Positions 7,450 to 14,874 of a stretch of 19,647 bases of DNA are shown here, piece by piece. The notes under the pieces are model-generated. The model saw only the letters and a list, made by a program, of their open reading frames with translations. It was not told where the DNA came from and did no database searches. The stretch comes from Thermofilaceae archaeon (GTDB lineage Archaea; Thermoproteota; Thermoprotei; Thermofilales; Thermofilaceae). The stretch spans positions 1 to 19,647 of the forward strand of contig JAVYWK010000031.1 in the NCBI GenBank assembly GCA_038727095.1. Reading direction: 5' to 3'. The position numbers and the translations under genes were made by a program. Numbering within the stretch: the stretch's first letter is position 1; every line of letters begins with the position of its first letter.

Positions 7450-8412
7450 GTGGGGGAGAGGCGCCTAATAGTGGCTGTGGACGGTGGGGGCAGCGGGTCG
7501 AGAGCCCTCCTTTTCGGCTGCGATGGGAGCGTGCTCTCCCTGCACAAGGGGCCCCCGTTGAACTACGCGGTCCTGGGGCCTACAGCCTTCACCGCGAACC
7601 TGGGGTTGCTGCTGAGACCCGTTTCTGAGTTTTCCGGCGCGATCGAAGGGTACGTCTTCAGCCTAGCGGGGGTATCGGCGTACAGGGGGGAGGTTGAGCA
7701 GCTGCTGCGGAGGGAGCTCGGCGTGGAGCGCGTCTGGCTTCTCACGGACGTTGAAGCGGCGTACATGGCCGCTGCTCGCGGGCGGGATGCCATCGTGGTT
7801 TCAGCTGGAACCGGCTCCTTCGCCTACGGGAGGAGGGCTGGCAGGGAGGCGAGGGTTGGTGGCTGGGGCTACCTGTTCGGTGACGAGGGGAGCGCCTACT
7901 GGATCGGTAGGGAGTTCGTCCGCAGGTGCTTGATGCACTACGACGGCAGGCTGGCGGAGGGTGAGCTCTCCCTAAAACTCCTCCTGGAGGAACTCCACGC
8001 ACCCAACGTCAGGGACGCTCTGGCGAAGCTGTACAGGGAGTACACGCCCCCCAGCAGGGTTGCGGAGCTGGCGAAGGTTGCTTGCAAGGCTGCTGAGCTG
8101 GGGTGCCCGATGGCTCTCGACCTGATCGGGGACGCTGCCCGGCTGCTGGAGCAGATGGTTTCAGCGGTTGCTGAGCTGTTGGGCTTCACGGGGGAGGTAG
8201 ACGTCTACGGGACCGGAGGGGTGATCATCGGCTGCAAGCCCCTCGCGGAGGCCTTGAGGCGCGAGGTTGAGTCGAAGCCAGGGAGGAGGTTCCACGTGAG
8301 ACCCGCACCACCCCTGCTCGGCTGCGTCCTGCACTACCTCCACTCTGCCAAAGGTCTTGGCGTGGACGAATTGGAGAAGGTGAACCTTGAAATACCAACT
8401 GAGGATTACTGA
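7450..8412 (+). CDS. murK: BadF/BadG/BcrA/BcrD-family sugar kinase; MurK-like N-acetylmuramate/N-acetylglucosamine kinase
   Basis: Motifs VDGGGSGSRA, SLAG, TD, SAGTGSFAYG, RVGGWGYLFGDEGSAYWIG and GTGGV; directly upstream of murQ. The ORF track starts at TTG 7435; in-frame GTG 7450 fits promoter spacing better. Confidence 0.82.
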   Translation: MGERRLIVAVDGGGSGSRALLFGCDGSVLSLHKGPPLNYAVLGPTAFTANLGLLLRPVSEFSGAIEGYVFSLAGVSAYRGEVEQLLRRELGVERVWLLTDVEAAYMAAARGRDAIVVSAGTGSFAYGRRAGREARVGGWGYLFGDEGSAYWIGREFVRRCLMHYDGRLAEGELSLKLLLEELHAPNVRDALAKLYREYTPPSRVAELAKVACKAAELGCPMALDLIGDAARLLEQMVSAVAELLGFTGEVDVYGTGGVIIGCKPLAEALRREVESKPGRRFHVRPAPPLLGCVLHYLHSAKGLGVDELEKVNLEIPTEDY

Positions 8413-8416
8413 TCGC

Positions 8417-9352
8417 GTGGGCGAGGGGACTTTCGAGCTGCTCGCGCGCCTCGAGACGGAGCAGAGGAACCCTATCAGCGAGAGGCTCAGCGAGCTGCCG
8501 ACGATAGAGATCCTTAGGATCATCAACGAGGAGGACAAGAAGGTCGCCTACGCGGTGGAGCGCGCGCTACCCGAGATCGCCAAGCTCGTCGATACGATCC
8601 TAGAGGCGATCAGGAGCGGGGGGCGCTGGATTTACGTGGGGGCTGGGACGAGCGGGAGGCTCGCGGCAATCGATGTGGCTGAGCTTCTCTCCACCTACAA
8701 CGCGGGGCCGGAGACCGTCGAAGCTCTCGTGGCGGGCGGCCCTGGAGCAATGGTGAGACCGATTGAGGGGGCGGAGGACGATGAGGAAATGGCGGTGAGA
8801 GAGCTGAAAGCTAGGAGGATACGCGAGGGGGACGTCGTGGTCGGCATCAGCGCGAGCGGGCGGACCCCCTACGTTGTGTCAGCGCTCCGCTACGCGAAGA
8901 GCGTCGGGGCGAAAACGGCGATTATCACGAGCGTCGAGAACTCCCCCGCTTGCGAGTACGCCGACATAAGGATCGTCCTGAGGACGGGGCCGGAGGTAGT
9001 GACGGGCTCAACCCGTATGAAGGCGGGTACCGCGCAGAAGATGGTTCTAACGATGATCAGCACGGCTGTCATGGTGAGGTTGGGGAAGGTTCACGGGAAC
9101 CTGATGATCTCCCTGCAGCCGGTCAGCGGGAAGCTCAGGGAGAGAGCGAAGAGGATACTCATGATGGAGGCCGGAATCGATTACCGGAGCGCCTCAGAGA
9201 TTCTGGAGGAGGCCAACTACAGCCTGCCGGCCGCCATCGTCATGGCGGTAGCGGGCGTCAGCTACGAGGAGGCTTTGCGCTACCTCGAGCAGGCGAACTA
9301 CATCCCCGTGAAAGCGATAGAGCTGGCGAAGGGTGGTCGCGTTGAGGGTTAG
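8417..9352 (+). CDS. murQ: N-acetylmuramic acid 6-phosphate etherase
   Basis: Motifs TEQRNP, GAGTSGRL, EGAED, GISASGRTPYV, GPEVVTGSTRMKAGTAQKMVL and GKVHGNLM..KLRERA. The ORF track starts at 8387; GTG 8417, just after the kinase stop, is preferred. Confidence 0.95.
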   Translation: MGEGTFELLARLETEQRNPISERLSELPTIEILRIINEEDKKVAYAVERALPEIAKLVDTILEAIRSGGRWIYVGAGTSGRLAAIDVAELLSTYNAGPETVEALVAGGPGAMVRPIEGAEDDEEMAVRELKARRIREGDVVVGISASGRTPYVVSALRYAKSVGAKTAIITSVENSPACEYADIRIVLRTGPEVVTGSTRMKAGTAQKMVLTMISTAVMVRLGKVHGNLMISLQPVSGKLRERAKRILMMEAGIDYRSASEILEEANYSLPAAIVMAVAGVSYEEALRYLEQANYIPVKAIELAKGGRVEG

Positions 9353-10553
9353 GTTGGGCTTGGAAAGCCCGGAGCTGGGGAAGCTCCTGGCAGGCAAGAA
9401 GCTGGGGATCGCCACCAACCACACGGGGGTTACCCCCGAGATGAGGCACATAATCGAGATTGCAGGTGAGCACGGGGAGGTTGAGGTGGTTTTCACTCCC
9501 GAGCACGGGTTGTGGGGTTCAGCTGCAGCCGGCGAGCTTGTCTCATCGAGAGTGGATGAGGAGTACGGCGTGAGGGTCTACAGCCTCTACGGAGAGACCC
9601 TGGAGCCACCCACCGAGGAGCTGCAGAAGCTGGACCTCGTCGTATACGACGTCCAGGATCTAGGGCTCCGCTGGTACACCTACGCATCAACGCTCTACTA
9701 CACCGTTAAAGCGTGCGCTAAAGCGGGCACCTCCCTGCTGGTCCTCGACAGACCGGCTCCACTGACGGGGGTAGTGACGGAGGGGCCGGTCCTCGATCCC
9801 ACCTACAAATCCTTCACCGGGTTGGCTAGAATCCCAGCCCGCTACGCGTTAACCCCCGGCGAGCTAGCCCTCTACTACTCGAGAGTTGAGGGGCTGGGTG
9901 GTGAAGTTCACGTTGCCAGGATGGCGGGTTGGAGGAGGGAGATGTGGTTCGATGAGACAGGGCTCCCCTGGGTTCCCCCTTCACCCAACATCCCGAACCT
10001 TGAGGCAGCCCTCGTCTACGCTGGAGCCTGCCTACTCGAGGGTACGAACCTGTCCGAGGGTAGGGGGACGGCTTCGCCCTTCCTCCAGTTTGGAGCACCC
10101 TGGATCCGGGCGAGGAGGCTCGCTCAAGCTCTCAACAAGCTGAGGCTGCCCGGGGTAATCTTCCGCCCCGTCAAGTTCGTCCCTACAGCGAGCAAGTACA
10201 GGGGGCAGGAGTGCGGGGGCGCCTACGTGCACGTTACCGATCGGTCGGTTTTCAGGCCCTTCGTGACCTTCATCGAGGTTCTCAAGACCGTGAAGCGCCT
10301 CTACGGGGACCGCTTCCACCTCATGAGTAGGGAGCACGAGCAGCAGGTAGAGTACTTGAAGGACTACACAGGCTGGTCGAGCGGGACCAGCCGGTACGCT
10401 ATCGATTACCTCGCCGGTACCTCGAGGGTCCGCGAGTGCATCGAGGGGTTGAGGGGCGTGGAGGAAGCTGAGGAGGAGTGGAGGAGGGAAAGAAACGAGT
10501 TCATCGAGAAGGCGCAAAGCGTCCTCTTGTACGAAGGGGGGCTAAGGCCTTAA
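9333..10553 (+). CDS. namZ: Exo-beta-N-acetylmuramidase NamZ family (DUF1343 / YbbC, GH171)
   Basis: Motifs TNHTG, PEHG, SLYG, YDVQDLGLRWYTY, LDRP.P, TPGELA, WVPPSPNIP and EGTNLSEGRGT..PF..FGAPW. The true start may be TTG 9342, after GGGTGG. No signal peptide. Confidence 0.93.
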   Translation: MVALRVRLGLESPELGKLLAGKKLGIATNHTGVTPEMRHIIEIAGEHGEVEVVFTPEHGLWGSAAAGELVSSRVDEEYGVRVYSLYGETLEPPTEELQKLDLVVYDVQDLGLRWYTYASTLYYTVKACAKAGTSLLVLDRPAPLTGVVTEGPVLDPTYKSFTGLARIPARYALTPGELALYYSRVEGLGGEVHVARMAGWRREMWFDETGLPWVPPSPNIPNLEAALVYAGACLLEGTNLSEGRGTASPFLQFGAPWIRARRLAQALNKLRLPGVIFRPVKFVPTASKYRGQECGGAYVHVTDRSVFRPFVTFIEVLKTVKRLYGDRFHLMSREHEQQVEYLKDYTGWSSGTSRYAIDYLAGTSRVRECIEGLRGVEEAEEEWRRERNEFIEKAQSVLLYEGGLRP

Positions 10554-11236
10554 AGCTCTCTAAGCGCCTGCCTCAGCTGCTCGCTCGGCGCCATGAGGGC
10601 TTGGGCGTACCTGAACCCCGACTCGATCCCCCTGATCCTGAAGAGGCAGCTGTAGTACTCGATGTAGGAGAAGCCGGTCTCCCCCCTGGCGAAGGCGTAG
10701 GCGCTCGCCGCCTCCCTCCACACTTCGAAGGTCTCACCGATGTCGACGTACACGTTCGGCCGGTAGCCTCGAGGATCCTCCCAGTTCTCAGCGAAGAAGA
10801 GCCTTCGAACCCGGTGGGCAGGCCTCTCCCTCTTAACCGCTGGTAGCGCAGCATAGAAGAGCGCGTCCAGGACGTTCCTGTACGTGTTCGCATGATCCCT
10901 GTGGATGCTCCCTCGCCAGTGCGTGATCAGGATCTCGGGCTTGTACTCCCTGATCAAGTCGCAGAGCCTAAGCTTCACCTCCCTGCTCACGGGCAGCTCC
11001 CCATCCCTGTAGGGGAGGAAGACAGCTTCAGCCCCCAGGATTCTGGCCGCGTTTTCCGCTTCCCTACGCTTTTGCTCACCGTACTCCTCCTCGGAGAGCG
11101 TGGGGTGCCCTTTCTCGCCCAGCGTCATGTGAACGATTACGACCCTATGACCGGAGCGGGTCAGCTTCGCGATTAAGCCGCCGCACGTGACCTCAGCATC
11201 GCCGGCGTGGGCTCCGACAACCATCAACTTGACCAC
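10550..11236 (-). CDS. PIG-L / LmbE family N-acetylhexosamine deacetylase
   Basis: Motifs VVGAHAGDAE..CGG, MTLGEKG, EAENAARILG, DGEL, IREYKPEILITHW and HRDH. Its stop overlaps the namZ stop in TTAA at 10550-10553. Confidence 0.88.
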   Translation of the reverse strand: MVKLMVVGAHAGDAEVTCGGLIAKLTRSGHRVVIVHMTLGEKGHPTLSEEEYGEQKRREAENAARILGAEAVFLPYRDGELPVSREVKLRLCDLIREYKPEILITHWRGSIHRDHANTYRNVLDALFYAALPAVKRERPAHRVRRLFFAENWEDPRGYRPNVYVDIGETFEVWREAASAYAFARGETGFSYIEYYSCLFRIRGIESGFRYAQALMAPSEQLRQALREL

Positions 11237-11237
11237 G

Positions 11238-12188
11238 TTAGATCACCCTCCTCATGATGAAGTACCTGCGCGTCACTTTAAACCCGAAGCGCGAGTACAA
11301 GCGCGCCGCTTGCTCATCGGTCCAGAGGACGAAGGCGTTGTGAATACCCCTACGCCTCATCTCCCAGAGGCAGCGCGCCAGCAGCACCGTGCCGATCCCC
11401 TTGCCCCGCATATCCTCCCTCACGCCGAAAGGCCCGAAGTGCGCTCCAGGCTTGTGCCAGTGGTAATCCTCGCTGTGCCAGTACTGGCAGTAGCCGACAA
11501 CTTCATCCCCCTTCACCGCTACCAGGATCTGCCCTTTCTCGCAGCCGCTCTGGAGGAGCTCGAGAGCGTGCCTGTACCAGTCGGCCGGGAAGCTCCTCTC
11601 CAGGAACCTGAGGAGCGGGTAAACGTCCCTCGTCTCGAGGAGCCGAACCTTAACCCCCTCCCCCTCCAGCTTCTTCTCCAGCTCTTCGACCTCGGCGGGC
11701 AGCGTATAGTCAGGCCACAGCTGGGCATCCATGCTTAAGGCTTCATACAGCCTTACGAATCCGTGCCTCTCAAGCAGCTCCAGCAGCCACGCGTACCTAT
11801 CGGGATCAACGCCTGGGAAGAAGTAGTTTGGAGTATAAGGTGAAAACAGTACTTCACTCCGTTTCTTCTCCTTAAAGTATTCCAGCGAGCTTTCCATTAA
11901 AGCTGTTCCAGCATCGGGAAAACTGGGATCGTATGCGAAAGCCGTTATCCACCCGCGTTCCCCTTCCAAACCCTGGTAGAAGAGAGGGTATCTACGAACA
12001 ACGCAGAGGCTGAAACCCTGAATCCCCTCTTTACTGACTGCTATTTGCAACCCTTTTTCATCGAAGTTGGGGTCGAGGAGTATTTTTCTCTCGAAAACTG
12101 AAACCGATATAGGGTCGTGCTTAAGCCACTTGTTCCAACACTCCACAAGTTCCTCCTCCAAGCCGGGCTTGTAGTTGACGATCTCCAT
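11238..12188 (-). CDS. Tandem-domain GNAT N-acetyltransferase (GlmA-like)
   Basis: Acetyl-CoA motif FGPFGVREDMRGKGIGTVLL plus AARLYSRFGF; a degenerate N-terminal GNAT domain; YFFPGVD linker. Ends 1 bp before the deacetylase start. Confidence 0.85.
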   Translation of the reverse strand: MEIVNYKPGLEEELVECWNKWLKHDPISVSVFERKILLDPNFDEKGLQIAVSKEGIQGFSLCVVRRYPLFYQGLEGERGWITAFAYDPSFPDAGTALMESSLEYFKEKKRSEVLFSPYTPNYFFPGVDPDRYAWLLELLERHGFVRLYEALSMDAQLWPDYTLPAEVEELEKKLEGEGVKVRLLETRDVYPLLRFLERSFPADWYRHALELLQSGCEKGQILVAVKGDEVVGYCQYWHSEDYHWHKPGAHFGPFGVREDMRGKGIGTVLLARCLWEMRRRGIHNAFVLWTDEQAARLYSRFGFKVTRRYFIMRRVI

Positions 12189-12211
12189 AGGTCATCGTCA
12201 CTCTCTTTGAG

Positions 12212-12228
12212 GAAATGCTTTTATATGT
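12212..12228. promoter_or_regulatory. Archaeal TATA box (TTTTATAT) with upstream purine-rich BRE-like GGAAA; probably serves the divergent genes
   Basis: TTTATAT at 12220-12226 is -29..-23 of ATG 12249. On the - strand it reads ATATAAAA about 31-38 nt before the GNAT ATG 12188. Confidence 0.6.
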
Positions 12229-12248
12229 TTGTATCGAAATCATTATTA

Positions 12249-14348
12249 ATGGAGAAAACTCGTGAGATAGTCGTCCCTGAATATCGTCCTGGAATCACCA
12301 AAAAGAGCCTTACCTTGACGGTATTACTACTGGCTGTGTACATCCCACTTTCTGCTATTGTCAGGCTATACACGGATAAACCTTCAACTTTTGCTGGTTT
12401 TGTCTTACCAATGATCTATGTAATATTTGTTCTAGAATTCATCGGAAGGCTCAATCCTAGAATGCGTTTCTCACCGCAAGAGTACGCTTTTATTTTTGCT
12501 GTATTAGCCATGATAACAGACACAAGTTACTTTCTCTTTCATGCATATGCAAATGAGTATGGCTTAGGCTGGACGGCGCCCGCTCTTAGTGATTTCGCAG
12601 CTTTCGGCTTGTCTGATCTTAGGGACTTTTGGAGCAAAGCCGTTCCCGCCGTTATCGTATCACCCGAGCCCCTCCGCTTCACGATCGGAGAAATGCTCCA
12701 GCACGGGAAAGCTGCAGGCCAGCAGGTTCCATGGAGCAGTATTACACCTGTAGTGTTCTACTGGGGTCTAACCCTGCTCTTTTACAGCTTCATCAGCATC
12801 TTCGTTACGTTCTGTTTTACGAAACCATGGGTTGAGGAAGAGCGCCTGGTATTTCCTCTGGCAATACCAAACGTTTACCTGCTACGCGAAGCTGGAACCG
12901 TTACCACCGGTAACAAATCAAGCCTTTTTGACATAAGCCTCGCTCGCACGAAGGTGTTCTGGGCCCTCTTCGTCATAGGTTTCGTGAGCAGTATTTATGT
13001 CGTCGTAAGCGAGATACTACCAGTATTCCCGATAGGAGCATGGTGGGGTGAGACGAACGTACCCCTATACTTTCTAGCATCGCTCTGGCCTGGGACTTAC
13101 GCTGCCGGGATATTCTTCCTACCTCAGCTGGCAGTGAGCTTGATGCTTACGAATGATGTCTTGATCACTACCATACTTGGGTGGATCATCTTTGGTCTTC
13201 TATATCAGGGTATAGGCGTTACACTCGGCGTTATACCCTATCGCCCAGGCATGGAGTTCGTCTGGCCTTGGGAGGATAATCCAGGCGGATGGCTACCGTT
13301 TCCATACAGATACATAGGACAGGACGGTGTGGCTCTTTCCATCGCTTTATGGATGATCTACAAGTACAGGAAAAGAATAGTGTCGTTCTTCTCAACCCTT
13401 TGGCGCGAGAGCGAGGCCGAGTTCGGGGTCCCACCTAGGCTGATTTCAGCGCTCTTCGTTGTTGGCTTTTTCGGGTGGTATCTCGCGATGCTTATCGAGC
13501 AGGCAGACCCTGTAGTAGCTCTCTTAGTACCGATATGGGCGTTCCTATTTAACATCATGTACGCAAGGGTCTATGCAGAGGTGTTTTGGCACAACGGAAC
13601 GGGATGGGGGGATGCTTGGCAGTTGACGTATTTCTTCGGTCAAGCGGTCAGAGGCTGGCCGCGGGTGGAAGCAATAACTTGGGATAGCCCAAATACTAAT
13701 CCGGCGTGGTTCACGATCGCAAGGCATACGTCGAATTTCGATGAGTGGGTTATATCGTTTGGGAGCATGTCATCGGGAATTCAAGCTTCTTTGTACAAGG
13801 TAGCTTACGACTTAAAGATGAGAATGCGCGACTTGTTGGTTGCGATGCTCATCGGTTTAGTCGCAGTTGCATTCGCCCTGATCCCGCTGCAGGTATACTT
13901 CGTTTTCAACACGAAGGGCGGGCTCAGTTCGCTTCCCTTGTATGCCAGTTGGTGGCCGTGGATAGCTGCGGGACGCTGCCATAGAGGTTACTGGGTTGGG
14001 GCGGGTATCACGCCGACTCACGTAATTTGGCTGCTGTACGGAGTGGGGCTGCTGATAGGACTAGGCTGCTATCTTCTGAAAAGTTTCGTCCCATTCTTCT
14101 GGTTCATCAATGTGCCAGCGCTGTATGTTTCGTTAACGATCGTAACGTATATGTGGCTCACGTCGCTTCTAGCGCTTATAATAAAGTTCGTAGCAGTGAG
14201 AACGGTTGGGATAAAAAGGTACGAGGAGTACGTAATGTCAGCCGTCGCTGGCTTAACATTAGGATTTGGCGCTGCATGGCTTTTCGCGTTATTAATAAAC
14301 TTTGCAACAACTATCTGGCCAAGATTTTTAGCGTTTTATCAGCCGTAG
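12249..14348 (+). CDS. Polytopic membrane protein, DUF6785/DUF6784-like (OPT-related putative transporter)
   Basis: 699 aa with many hydrophobic segments and motifs FSPQEY..IF, VPWSS...VVFYW and KPWVEEERLVFPLAIP, recalled from this family. The ORF track starts at 12117, which overlaps the GNAT; ATG 12249 has a TATA box at the right spacing. Confidence 0.7.
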   Translation: MEKTREIVVPEYRPGITKKSLTLTVLLLAVYIPLSAIVRLYTDKPSTFAGFVLPMIYVIFVLEFIGRLNPRMRFSPQEYAFIFAVLAMITDTSYFLFHAYANEYGLGWTAPALSDFAAFGLSDLRDFWSKAVPAVIVSPEPLRFTIGEMLQHGKAAGQQVPWSSITPVVFYWGLTLLFYSFISIFVTFCFTKPWVEEERLVFPLAIPNVYLLREAGTVTTGNKSSLFDISLARTKVFWALFVIGFVSSIYVVVSEILPVFPIGAWWGETNVPLYFLASLWPGTYAAGIFFLPQLAVSLMLTNDVLITTILGWIIFGLLYQGIGVTLGVIPYRPGMEFVWPWEDNPGGWLPFPYRYIGQDGVALSIALWMIYKYRKRIVSFFSTLWRESEAEFGVPPRLISALFVVGFFGWYLAMLIEQADPVVALLVPIWAFLFNIMYARVYAEVFWHNGTGWGDAWQLTYFFGQAVRGWPRVEAITWDSPNTNPAWFTIARHTSNFDEWVISFGSMSSGIQASLYKVAYDLKMRMRDLLVAMLIGLVAVAFALIPLQVYFVFNTKGGLSSLPLYASWWPWIAAGRCHRGYWVGAGITPTHVIWLLYGVGLLIGLGCYLLKSFVPFFWFINVPALYVSLTIVTYMWLTSLLALIIKFVAVRTVGIKRYEEYVMSAVAGLTLGFGAAWLFALLINFATTIWPRFLAFYQP

Positions 14349-14874
14349 AACATAATATAAATATTTTTAATATTTTATTTTTAATCTCATATTCAAGGAG
14401 CAAGAGAAGTCAATAACAGGGAGAATAAAACGAAAACGCCTCTGCATCGACAGGCTTAGGCATGTCGCTAGAGATGCTGATAATTTTCAATGCTTCACTC
14501 ACTGACTGCCCATGTTTTATATGGCTCTTAAAGATGGTCAAACTTAGAATTTGCGGCATCTTAACTTTGATTATGACTTGGGGAATCATTCATCGGAATT
14601 AATTGAATGAGAACCTCTCAGGCAAAGGAATCGATATCTGTCGTGCTTAAACTGTTCTTTACGATCGGCCTAAAGCCCCCTTTAAAGCGAGTCTGTAGCT
14701 AATAATCGTATTACCCTCTAAACCTTTTTAATTTATTTAATTTCTGAAATGTGAAATCATAGTTTACTTTTCTAGTAATAATTTATGAAAAGTTTAATAA
14801 ATAATTTTAGAATAAAACATGTTCCGTTAAAAGAGCAGGCATATTATCCGGAGATCAGCTATCATCGAGGGAAC

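Noticed and set aside
14410-14589. 59-aa - strand ORF (MIPQVIIKVKMPQILSL...) in the AT-rich spacer
   Set aside because: It has no recognisable motif or supporting context, and its length is compatible with chance.
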